Shown here piece by piece: positions 51,807 through 63,484 of a DNA stretch of 64,000 bases (its first letter is position 1; the number at the start of each line of letters is the position of its first letter). This stretch comes from Phyllobates terribilis (Eukaryota). Made by a program: the position numbers and the translations under genes. Below the pieces are notes generated by a model. That model had not been told where the DNA came from and ran no database searches. It was given only the letters and a program-made list of their open reading frames with translations. Where the stretch lies: NCBI RefSeq assembly GCF_046119375.1, contig NW_027362767.1:89342001-89406000 (forward strand), in the 5' to 3' direction.

Positions 51807-54800
51807 CCGGGGAATATGTGTCTAGGATGAGTAGTCCGAGGCCTCTCCCCGGGGAATATGTGTCTAGGATGAGTAGTCCGAGGCCTCTCCCCGGGGAATA
51901 TGTGTCTAGGATGATTAGTCCGAGGCCGCTCCCCGGGGAATATGTGTCTAGGATGAGTAGTCCGAGGCTGCTCCCCGGGGAATATGTGTCTAGGATGAGT
52001 AGTCCGAGGCCTCTCCCCGGGGAATATGTGTCTAGGATGATTAGTCTGAGGCCGCTCCCCGGGGAATATGTGTCTAGGATGAGTAGTCCGAGGCCGCTCC
52101 CCGGGGAATATGTATCTAGGATGAGTAGTCCGAGGCCGCTCCCCGGGGAATATGTGTCTAGGATGAGTAGTCCGAGGCTGCTCCCCAGGGAACATGTGTC
52201 TAGGATGAGTAGTCCGAGACCGCTCCCCAGGGAATATGTGTCTAGGATGAGTAGTCCGAGGCCGCTCCCTGGGGAATATGTGTCTAGGGTGAGTAGTCCG
52301 AGGCCGCTACCCCGGGGAATATGTGTCTAGGATGAGTAGTCCGAGGCCGCTCCCGGGGAATATGTGTCTAGGATGAGTAGTCCGAGGCCGCACCCCGGGG
52401 AATATGTGTCTAGGATGAGTAGTCCGAGGCCGCACCCCGGGGAATATGTGTCTAGGATGAGTAGTCCGAGGCCGCTCCCCGGGGAATATGTGTCTAGGAT
52501 GAGTAGTCCGAGACCGCTCCCCGGGGAATATGTATCTAGGATGAGTAGTCCGAGGCTGCTCCCCGGGGAATATGTGTCTAGGATGAGTAGTCCGAGGCCG
52601 CTCCCCGGGGAATATGTGTCTAGGATGAGTAGTCCGAGGCCTCTCCCCGGGGAATATGTGTCTAGGATGAGTAGTCCGAGGCCGCTCCCCGGGGAATATG
52701 TGTCTAGGATGAGTAGTCCGAGGCCGCTCCCCGGGGAAAATGTATCTAGGATGAGTAGTCCGAGGCTGCTCCCCAGGGAATATGTGTCTAGGATGAGTAG
52801 TCCGAGGCCGCTCCCCGGGGAATATGTGTCTAGGATGAGTAGTCCGAGGCCGCTCCCCGGGGAATATGTGTCTAGGATGAGTAGTCCGAGGCCGCTCCCC
52901 GGGGAATATGTGTCTAGGATGAGTAGTCCGAGGCCGCTCCCCAGGGAATATGTGTCTAGGATGAGTAGTCCGAGGCTGCTCCCTGGGGAATATGTGTCTA
53001 GGATGAGTAGTCCGTGGCCGCCCCCCGGGGAATATGTGTCTAGGATGAGTAGTCCGAGGCCGCTCTCCGGGGAATATGTGTCTAGGATGAGTAGTCCGAG
53101 ACTGCTCCCCAGGGAATATGTGTCTAGGATGAGTAGTCCGAGGCCGCTCCCCGGGGAATATGTATCTAGGATGAGTAGTCCGAAGCCTCTCCCCGGGGAA
53201 TATGTATCTAGGATGAGTAGTCCGAGGCCGCTCCCCGGGAAATTTGTATCTAGGATGAGTAGTCCGAGGCCGCTCCCTGGGGAATATGTATCTAGGATGA
53301 GTAGTCCGAGGCCGCTCCCCGGGGAATATGTATCTAGGATGAGTAGTCCCAGGCCGCTCCCCGGGGAATATGTGTCTAGGATGAGTAGTCCGAGGTCTCT
53401 CCCCGGGGAATATGTATCTAGGATGAGTAGTTCGAGGCCGCTCCCCAGGGGGGATATGTGTCTAGGATGAGTAGTCCGAGGCCTCTCCCCGGGGAATATG
53501 TGTCTAGGATGAGTAGACCGAGGCCGCTCCCCGGGGAATATGTATCTAGGATGAGTAGTCCGAGGCCGCTCCCCGGGGAATATGTGTCTAGGATGAGTAG
53601 TCCGAGGCCGCTCTCCGGGGAATATGTGTCTAGGATGAGTAGTCCGAGGCCGCTCCCCGGGGAATATGTGTCTAGGATGAGTAGTCCAAGGCCGCTCCCC
53701 GGGGAATATGTATCTAGGATGAGTAGTCCGAGGCCGCTCCCCGGGGAATATGTATCTAGGATGAGTAGTCCGAGGCCGCTCCCCGGGGAATATGTATCTA
53801 GGATGAGTAGTCCGAGGCCGCTCCCCGGGGAATATGTATCTAGGATGAGTAGTCCGAGGCCGCTCCCCGGGGAATATGTGTCTAGGATGAGTAGTCCGAG
53901 GTCTCTCCCCGGGGAATATGTGTCTAGGATGAGTAGTCCGAGGTCTCTCCCCGGGGAATATGTATCTAGGATGAGTAGTCCGAGGTTTCTCCCCGGGGAA
54001 TATGTATCTAGGATGAGTAGTTCGAGGCCGCTCCCCAGGGGGGATATGTGTCTAGGATGAGTAGTCCGAGGTCTCTCCCCGGGGAATATGTGTCTAGGAT
54101 GAGTAGTCCGAGGCCGCTCCCCGGGGAATATGTGTCTAGAATGAGTAGTCCGAGGCCGCTCCCGGGGAATATGTGTCTAGAATGAGTAGTCCGAGGCCTC
54201 TCCCCGGGGAAAATTTGTCTAGGATGAGTAGTCCGAGGCCGCTCCCCGGGGAATATGTGTCTAGGATGAGTAGTCCGAGGCCGCTCCCCGGGGAATATGT
54301 GTCTAGGATGAGTAGTCCGAGGCCTCTCCCCGAGGAATATGTGTCTAGGATGAGTAGTCCGAGGCCTCTCCCCGAGGAATATGTGTATAGGATGAGTAGT
54401 CCGAGGCCTCTCCCGGGGAATATGTGTCTAGAATGAGTAGTCCGAGGCCGCTCCCCGGGGAATATGTGTCTAGGATGAGTAGTCCGAGGCCGCTCCCCGG
54501 GGAATATGTGTCTAGGATGAGTAGTCCGAGGCCGCTCCCCGGGGAATATGCGTCTAGGATGAGTAGTCCGAGGCCTCTCCCCGAGGAATATGCGTCTAGG
54601 ATGAGTAGTCCGAGGCCTCTCCCCGAGGAATATGCGTCTAGAATGAGTAGTCCGAGGCCGCTCCCGGGGAATATGTGTCTAGAATGAGTAGTCCGAGGCC
54701 TCTCCCCGGGGAATATGTGTCTAAGATGAGTAGTCCGAGGCCGCTCCCTGGGGAATATGTGTCTAGGATGAGTAGTCCGAGGCCGCTCCCTGGGGAATAG

Positions 54801-54968
54801 GTGTCTAGGATGAGTAGTCCGAGGCCGCTCCCCGGGGAATATGTGTCTAGGATGAGTAGTCCGAGGCCGCTCCCCGGGGAATATGTGTCTAGGATGAGTA
54901 GTCCGAGGCCGCTCCCGGGGAATATGTGTCTAGGATGAGTAGTCCGAGGCTGCTCCCCGGGGAATATG
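51807..54968. repeat. 42-bp minisatellite, left part
   Basis: GGGGAATATGTGTCTAGGATGAGTAGTCCGAGGCCGCTCCCC; 41- and 43-bp variants. Confidence 0.99.
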
Positions 54969-55594
54969 TGTCACGGGTGTGTCGCCACGAAGATCGTCAC
55001 GATTACACAGCCTGACTTCTCGCAGCTGACTTTTTGGTGCTTTGTGTTTTTCGGCAGTGAGGGAGTTAATTCTCTCTCTGTCTGTGCTAGACGAGGTCCA
55101 GCCTCGCCCAGCTGCAATCAATGCTGCTGTAGTGAGACTCCTTCAAATGCCTGCGGGTCTGTTAGGGAAGTGTCGGTGAAAGCATTTCATGCAGACTAAC
55201 AGAGCGGATCGTGGTATTTGGAGTTTCAGAGATAAGTGTATTCGGAGAGTTTTTTCCCTTCCTCGCTTTATCATTTATCTTCTTTCCCGTTGGTGTTCCC
55301 TCTGTTGTAGTTGTGTAGTTGTTGTATGCAAGGTGGTTTTGGTTTTTCCCTTGTACTGTCTCGTTCGTCTAAGTACTGTGTGTGGGCATATTATTACTTG
55401 TCCCCTTTTGTTGTGATCGGGGTCCTTCTCAGGACTAGATTACTTAGGTGCAGGGATCCTCAGGAGGTAGGGGTTACGCTGGCGGCCTGGACCTCTGTAC
55501 CTTTAACAGTACCTCCAGGTTGAGGGATTAGTCAGGGCCCCAGCTTAGGGTCAGCTTAGGCCCCCTACCTTCAGTATACAGAGACAGCGTGACA
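54969..55594 (+). repeat. 5' LTR
   Basis: TGTCACGGG...GCGTGACA; differs from the 3' LTR at 55080, 55281, 55321 and 55571 (by eye). Confidence 0.98.
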
Positions 55595-55628
55595 TTTTCA
55601 CCGACCACTTAGTTTTTCTCCAGCTACC

Positions 55629-56468
55629 ATGGATCCAGTAGCCGGTCTAGCTCGGCAGTTGCAGAGTTTGTCCATGGAGCTGGCGGACGTTAGGTCCAAG
55701 GTTTTGTATCCTCAGGAGCAAGCCGGACCAGAACCTAAAGTAGCTCTCCCTGACAGGTTCACTGGGGGGCGGGACAAGTTTTATGTTTTCCGGGAGGCAT
55801 GCAAGTTGTACTTTCGGCTGCGGCCTCGGTCATCGGGGAGTGAAGAACAAAGGGTGGGAATTGTCATCTCGCTCCTACAAGGGGACTCACAATCTTGGGC
55901 GTTCTCTCTTCCCCCGGGCTCCCCGGCTCTCCAGTCAGTGGATAGGTTTTTCGCTGCTCTGGGACTCGTATATGATGACCCAGATCGGATCTCCCTTGCT
56001 GAGTCTAAGTTACGTAGGATTCAGCAGGGAGATCGTCCGGCGGAGGAATTCTGTTCGGAGTTCCGTAGGTGGGCCACGGACACCCAGTGGAATGACCCGG
56101 CTCTTAGGAGCCAGTTTTGTCAAGGTTTATCCGACAAATTACAGGATGTGTTGGCACAGTATGACTCTCCCGCGTCACTGGAAGCCGCTATGGCCCTTGC
56201 TATTCGCGTTGACAGACGGCTTCGGGAGAGGTGCGGGATAACTCTACCCCCTGTGATGACTCCACCTCCTACAAGGTCCCCTCATATGGTGATTCCCCTG
56301 GTCAGTCCAGAGGAGCCTATGCAATTAGGAGGGACATCATTTCGGGGGAGGGGACCGGTGGTGTGCCATAAGACAGGAAGGTGTTTCTTCTGCGGGAGAA
56401 AGGGACATTTTATTGGGGGGTGTCCATCCCGTCCCTTGCAGAGTGAAGAGTCGTCGGAAAACTGTTGA
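55629..56468 (+). CDS. Retrotransposon Gag, 279 aa
   Basis: ACCATGG start; PEPKVALPDRFTG capsid-like region; CCHC knuckle CFFCGRKGHFIGGC. Confidence 0.97.
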   Translation: MDPVAGLARQLQSLSMELADVRSKVLYPQEQAGPEPKVALPDRFTGGRDKFYVFREACKLYFRLRPRSSGSEEQRVGIVISLLQGDSQSWAFSLPPGSPALQSVDRFFAALGLVYDDPDRISLAESKLRRIQQGDRPAEEFCSEFRRWATDTQWNDPALRSQFCQGLSDKLQDVLAQYDSPASLEAAMALAIRVDRRLRERCGITLPPVMTPPPTRSPHMVIPLVSPEEPMQLGGTSFRGRGPVVCHKTGRCFFCGRKGHFIGGCPSRPLQSEESSENC

Positions 56469-59400
56469 TCCCAGGTTGTGTGGTGGACGGCAATCTGGGA
56501 GTAGGTATTTCGTCCCTAGGTTCGTCTCAGTTTCTCGTACCGGCGGAGGTGGTGGTGGGTACGAGAACTGAGAGGATATCTGTTCTTCTGGATAGTGGGG
56601 CCGGGGCTAAACTGGTTGATGCTCGGTTTGCCCGGGTTCAAGGTATGCGATTGAGTGAGTTGGCTAAACCCATCCCCATATTCTCGATCGATGCCAGGCC
56701 TCTCGGTCAGGGAAGTTTTTTGCAAGCAGTGCATGACGTAAAACTTCAAGTGGGGGCGATACATAAAGAACTGTTGTCTTGCTACGTGTTGGAGGGTCTT
56801 CCCACTCCTATAGTGTTGGGCCTTCCTTGGTTAACTAAGCATAACCCGGTTATTAATTGGCAAACCAGAGAGATAAGCCAATGGAGTAAATTCTGTAATA
56901 AAAACTGCATGAACACGGTCATCGGTGCGGTTACTCCTTGGGTCTTACCTCCATTTCTGGCGGACTTTGAGGATGTATTCTCGGAGAAAGGGTGTCAGGA
57001 ACTACCTCCTCATCGCGAGTATGACTGTTCTGTAAAACTGCTCCCTGAGGCCAAGTTACCTAAAGCTAGGTTGTATAACCTTTCTGGTCCTGAGAGGCAG
57101 GCCATGAAGGATTATATTTCAGAAAGTCTGGCTAAGGGGCATATTAGACCTTCATCTTCACCGGTGGCTGCGGGGTTCTTCTTTGTTAAGAAGAAAGATG
57201 GAGGCCTACGCCCTTGCCTGGATTTCCGTGAACTTAATCGGATTACGGTCCGAGATCCGTATCCGCTCCCACTTATTCCCGATCTCTTTAATCAGATCGT
57301 GGGTGCCAAATGGTTCTCTAAGTTGGATCTCAGGGGGGCGTACAATCTGATTAGGATGAAGGAGGGGGATGAGTGGAAGACGGCGTTTAACACTCCGGAG
57401 GGGCATTATGAGAACCTTGTCATGCCATTCGGTCTGACTAATGCCCCGGCGGTGTTCCAACACTTTGTTAATGACATTTTTCGCCGCCTGGTGGGACAGT
57501 TTGTTGTCATATATCTGGATGATATCTTAATTTACTCGCCGGATCTGGTGTCTCATCAGGAGCATGTTAGGCAGGTGTTACAGATCTTGCGGGATAATAC
57601 ACTGTATGCCAAATGGGAAAAGTGTGTGTTCGCCGTACAGGAACTCCAGTTTTTAGGCTTCCTGGTTTCAGCGTCCGGTTTTCGTATGGACCCTGGGAAA
57701 GTGCGGGCAGTTCTTGAGTGGGATCGGCCAGAGAATCTTAAGGCACTACAACGTTTCCTGGGGTTTGCTAATTATTACCGGAAGTTCATTCGTAATTTCT
57801 CGTCCATGGTTAAGCCTCTCACAGACATAACTAAAAAGGGGACGGATTTTTCTAGGTGGTCTGACAAGGCTTGTCAAGCATTCTCCTCCTTGAAAAAATG
57901 TTTTGCCTCGGCACCCATACTCATTCAACCTGATGCGTCACAGCCATTCATTGTAGAGGTAGACGCTTCCGAGGTAGGGGTGGGAGCAGTATTGTCACAA
58001 GGTTCGTCCCCTGGTGAGTGGCATCCGTGCGCCTTTTTCTCTAAAAAATTGTCGTCCGCTGAGAGGAATTACGATGTCGGCAATAGGGAACTCTTGGCCA
58101 TTAAGTTAGCTTTTGAGGAGTGGCGCCATTTTTTGGAGGGGGCAGTCCATCCGGTCACCGTTATCACCGATCACAAGAACCTGCTATATCTGGAGTCCGC
58201 GAAACGTCTGAATCCCAGACAAGCTAGGTGGTCATTGTTTTTTACCAGGTTTAATTTTGTCGTTACATATCGTCCTGGGTCAAAAAATGTAAAGGCGGAT
58301 GCCTTATCTCGTAGTTTCCCTGGGGCCGGGAATACGGACGACCCGATTCCTATCCTTCAGGAGGGGGTGGTGGTTTCGGCAGTATGCTCTGAGCTGGAGG
58401 AGGAGGTATTGGAAGCTCAGGGGGACGCCCCTGTTGGACCTCCGGGGAGACTGTTTGTTCCAGATCAGTTGCGACAAAAGGTGATCGAGGCACACCATAA
58501 CTCAGTTTTTGCAGGACACCCGGGGAGTAAAGCAACTGTGGATCTCCTCTCGCGTCGGTTTTGGTGGCCTAACTTACATAAGGAGGTGGTAACTTTTGTC
58601 GCGTCCTGTGGGGTTTGTGCGCGCTCTAAGACCTCACATACCCGTCCGTCTGGGGCCCTCTTACCTTTGAAGATCCCGGAGCGTCCTTGGACTCATCTGT
58701 CTATGGACTTTATTACGGACCTCCCTCCGTCTTCGGGTAAAACGGTCATACTCGTTGTAGTGGACAGGTTCAGCAAGATGGCACATTTTATCGCTCTTCC
58801 TGCTCTCCCTAATGCTAAAACTCTTGCGCAGGTGTTCATTGGGGAGATTGTGAGGCTTCACGGGGTACCCTCCGAGGTGGTGTCTGATCGGGGGTCTCAG
58901 TTTGTGTCCAAGTTCTGGAAGGCGTTTTGTGCACGGCGGGGGATGCATTTGTCGTTCTCATCGGCTTTTCATCCTCAGACCAATGGTCAGACGGAACGAA
59001 TGAACCAGAGCTTGGAGACATATCTCCGGTGTTTTGTGTCAGAGAACCAGGAGGACTGGGCTTCTTTCTTACCTCTGGCAGAGTTTGCTCTTAATAATAG
59101 GCGGAGCGAGTCCGCTGGTAAGTCCCCGTTTTTTGGGGCATATGGTTTTCACCCCCAGTTTTGTACTTTCAGTAGGGGGGGCTCTTCGGGGGTTCCTGAG
59201 GAGGAACGATTTTCCTCATCACTCGCTTCAGTATGGAGAGGGGTGCTGAAGAATCTGAATAGTATGGGGAACCGATACAAACGTATGGCTGATAGGAGGA
59301 GAGTGTCTGGTCCGGACCTAAGTGTGAACGATCGGGTATGGTTGTCTACCAGGAATATAAAACTTAAGGTTCCCTCCTGGAAACTGGGTCCCAGGTTCAT

Positions 59401-59839
59401 CGGGCCGTACAGAATCAGTTCTATAATTAATCCGGTGGCATTCCGTCTTGACCTCCCCCCTACGTTTAAAATTCACAACGTGTTCCACAGATCTTTGCTT
59501 AAGAGGTATGTGGCGCCGGTGGTACCGTCACCTTTACCTCCCCCTCCAGTGGTGGTCAATGGTAACTTGGAGTTCCAGGTATCGAGGGTCATCGATTCAC
59601 GCTTTAATCGCCGGTCCCTTCAGTACCTGGTTCATTGGAAAGGGTATGGTCCTGAGGAGAGGATGTGGGTTCCTGCGTCGGATATTAACGCAGACCGATT
59701 AGTTCGGGCCTTCCACACGACTCACCCGGATAAACCTGGCCCTGAGGGTCCGGAGGCCCCTCGTAGAAGGGGGGGTACTGTCACGGGTGTGTCGCCACGA
59801 AGATCGTCACGATTACACAGCCTGACTTCTCGCAGCTGA
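56465..59839 (+). CDS. Retrotransposon Pol (protease-RT-RNase H-integrase-chromodomain), -1 frame relative to gag
   Basis: LLDSGA; YLDDILIYS; VDASEVGVGAVL and TDHKNL; HHCC zinc finger; MDFIT / SDRGSQF / GQTERMN; GPYRI; chromodomain YLVHWKGYGPEERMWVP; 1124 codons with no stop. Confidence 0.98.
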   Translation: MIPGCVVDGNLGVGISSLGSSQFLVPAEVVVGTRTERISVLLDSGAGAKLVDARFARVQGMRLSELAKPIPIFSIDARPLGQGSFLQAVHDVKLQVGAIHKELLSCYVLEGLPTPIVLGLPWLTKHNPVINWQTREISQWSKFCNKNCMNTVIGAVTPWVLPPFLADFEDVFSEKGCQELPPHREYDCSVKLLPEAKLPKARLYNLSGPERQAMKDYISESLAKGHIRPSSSPVAAGFFFVKKKDGGLRPCLDFRELNRITVRDPYPLPLIPDLFNQIVGAKWFSKLDLRGAYNLIRMKEGDEWKTAFNTPEGHYENLVMPFGLTNAPAVFQHFVNDIFRRLVGQFVVIYLDDILIYSPDLVSHQEHVRQVLQILRDNTLYAKWEKCVFAVQELQFLGFLVSASGFRMDPGKVRAVLEWDRPENLKALQRFLGFANYYRKFIRNFSSMVKPLTDITKKGTDFSRWSDKACQAFSSLKKCFASAPILIQPDASQPFIVEVDASEVGVGAVLSQGSSPGEWHPCAFFSKKLSSAERNYDVGNRELLAIKLAFEEWRHFLEGAVHPVTVITDHKNLLYLESAKRLNPRQARWSLFFTRFNFVVTYRPGSKNVKADALSRSFPGAGNTDDPIPILQEGVVVSAVCSELEEEVLEAQGDAPVGPPGRLFVPDQLRQKVIEAHHNSVFAGHPGSKATVDLLSRRFWWPNLHKEVVTFVASCGVCARSKTSHTRPSGALLPLKIPERPWTHLSMDFITDLPPSSGKTVILVVVDRFSKMAHFIALPALPNAKTLAQVFIGEIVRLHGVPSEVVSDRGSQFVSKFWKAFCARRGMHLSFSSAFHPQTNGQTERMNQSLETYLRCFVSENQEDWASFLPLAEFALNNRRSESAGKSPFFGAYGFHPQFCTFSRGGSSGVPEEERFSSSLASVWRGVLKNLNSMGNRYKRMADRRRVSGPDLSVNDRVWLSTRNIKLKVPSWKLGPRFIGPYRISSIINPVAFRLDLPPTFKIHNVFHRSLLKRYVAPVVPSPLPPPPVVVNGNLEFQVSRVIDSRFNRRSLQYLVHWKGYGPEERMWVPASDINADRLVRAFHTTHPDKPGPEGPEAPRRRGGTVTGVSPRRSSRLHSLTSRS

Positions 59840-60404
59840 CTTTTTGGTGCTTTGTGTTTTTCGGCAGTGAGGGAGTTAATTCTCTCTCTCTCTGTGCTAG
59901 ACGAGGTCCAGCCTCGCCCAGCTGCAATCAATGCTGCTGTAGTGAGACTCCTTCAAATGCCTGCGGGTCTGTTAGGGAAGTGTCGGTGAAAGCATTTCAT
60001 GCAGACTAACAGAGCGGATCGTGGTATTTGGAGTTTCAGAGATAAGTGTATTCGGAGAGTTTTTTCCCTTCCTCGCTTTATCATTTATCTCCTTTCCCGT
60101 TGGTGTTCCCTCTGTTGTAGTTGTGTAGTTTTTGTATGCAAGGTGGTTTTGGTTTTTCCCTTGTACTGTCTCGTTCGTCTAAGTACTGTGTGTGGGCATA
60201 TTATTACTTGTCCCCTTTTGTTGTGATCGGGGTCCTTCTCAGGACTAGATTACTTAGGTGCAGGGATCCTCAGGAGGTAGGGGTTACGCTGGCGGCCTGG
60301 ACCTCTGTACCTTTAACAGTACCTCCAGGTTGAGGGATTAGTCAGGGCCCCAGCTTAGGGTCAGCTTAGGCCCCCTACCTCCAGTATACAGAGACAGCGT
60401 GACA
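59779..60404 (+). repeat. 3' LTR
   Basis: Copy of 54969-55594, preceded by the PPT. Confidence 0.98.
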
Positions 60405-60603
60405 ATATGTGTCTAGGATGAGTAGTCCGAGGCCGCTCCCCGGGGAATATGTGTCTAGGATGAGTAGTCCGAGGCCGCTCCCCGGGGAATATGTGTCTAG
60501 GATGAGTAGTCCGAGGCCGCTCCCCAGGGAATATGTGTCTAGGATGAGTAGTCCAAGGCCGCTCCCCGGGGGGGATATGTGTCTAGGATGAGTAGTCCGA
60601 AGC
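60405..60603. repeat. 42-bp minisatellite, right part
   Basis: The array resumes in register after the TSD. Confidence 0.97.
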
Positions 60604-60924
60604 CATTCCCTAGCTGCTTGTCCCTACCCCACTTCCCATAACTGACAGTTCTTTCACCCAAGCTTACGCACAGGAAGAGGCTTATCAGTCTAGTAGATTA
60701 AAGAGCTACATACACGATTCATACTGCCCATGGTTTGAGCAGCCAAAATTAGCGAACAGGTACCCTTTATATTAGATGGAAAAAAAAATAGGACTACACA
60801 ACCATTCTGACATGGATTTACAGAGTAAGTACACCAGCCTCATAAGGTCTACAAGGTGTATTTAATAGCATGTAGTTTGTATTGTTTGGTGAGCGATCAA
60901 CTGTAAGGAGCATCTGTCGTTGAT

Positions 60925-61099
60925 ATATTTATTATGCTCACTTATATATTATACTTATATTTTTAGTATTTCTTGTTGATATATTTATTATACACGCTTA
61001 TATATTATGCACGCTTATATATTTATTATGCTCGCTTATATATTATGCACGTTTATATATCTATTATTCTTGCTTATATATTTATTATGCACGCTTATA
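60925..61099. repeat. AT-rich minisatellite (about 21-bp unit), left of the Tc1
   Basis: ATATATTTATTATGCACGCTT-like units. Confidence 0.85.
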
Positions 61100-62714
<1,615 letters not shown>

Positions 62715-62880
62715 TATATTATGCATGCTTATATATTTATTATTCTCGCTTATATATTTATTATGCACGCATATATATTTATTATTCTCACTTATATATT
62801 TATTATGCACGCTTATATATTTGTCATGCTCGTTGATATATTTATTATGCTCGCTTGTATATTTACTATACTCACTTATA
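62715..62880. repeat. AT-rich minisatellite (about 21-bp unit), right of the Tc1
   Basis: Same unit as 60925-61099. Confidence 0.85.
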
Positions 62881-63350
62881 TAGCGCCATCCTATTCTGCA
62901 GTGCTGTACGGACCCCTGGTTGCCGCCTGGCAGGCAGCCACGTATAGCAATAGCTTTCACAGGAGCCCTGCTGACACTGATCTAGCATGTGTCTGACATT
63001 ATGATTTCAGTAACACTTTGCCTTTAATTGGCCACGCATTGCTCTCCGCTGATGGATCTTTTTACATTCACTTAATCTGATTTTCATTAGTTTGCATAAA
63101 AGTCACATATAAGCCAGCCTTAATTAAAGCAGAAGAAAAGTAATTGCATGCATATGTCCAAAGCCTTCCTAATATCAGCCCTGCCCGAGGCCCGATCTCC
63201 TAAATAGAGATGGATCGTCCACTCCCACCAAGTGTATTGTCTAATTATCAGATGCCACGTTAGAGTGGTGTATTAGTGGGAAGGATGACTTTGATATTCT
63301 GTCTTTAATTAGAAGATGATCAGATTTGTCTTTCCCTTGTTGACCTATAG

Positions 63351-63484
63351 TTAAACCCTCCAGCCCCAAGGGACTATTACTCTCTGTTGTCATGAGATAC
63401 TTTAGAAATAAACACTACTCATTGAGCGGAGGCCCAGCTGGAATCGCATTGTTCTCCGGCGGGTCATTTTCACTTTCCCTCTAA
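63351..63484 (+). other. Candidate alternative or decayed duplicate ralgapa1 exon ending in a stop codon
   Basis: tttcccttgttgacctatag| acceptor; phase-1 read gives VKPSSPKGLLLSVVMRYFRNKHYSLSGGPAGIALFSGGSFSLSL*. Confidence 0.4.

Larger units (their letters stand above)
54969..60404 (+). mobile_element. Full-length Ty3/Gypsy chromovirus (Tf1/sushi clade) LTR retrotransposon, 5436 bp
   Basis: Two 626-bp TG...CA LTRs; 5-bp TSD ATATG (54964-54968, 60405-60409); PPT AGAAGGGGGGGTAC (59765-59778); uninterrupted gag and pol. Confidence 0.99.

Noticed and set aside
51794-54687. SRMSSPRPLPGEYV repeat ORFs resembling SR/SP-rich proteins
   Set aside because: The 42-bp unit is divisible by 3; 41- and 43-bp variants break the frame freely, and an LTR element interrupts it.
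55783-59702. Short alternative-frame and antisense ORFs in the Gypsy element, and duplicated ORFs in the LTRs
   Set aside because: Shadows of gag/pol or LTR duplication; no recognisable domains.
30330-60603. CRISPR-like arrays
   Set aside because: Units are head-to-tail with no unique spacers, there are no cas genes, and the context is a eukaryotic intron.
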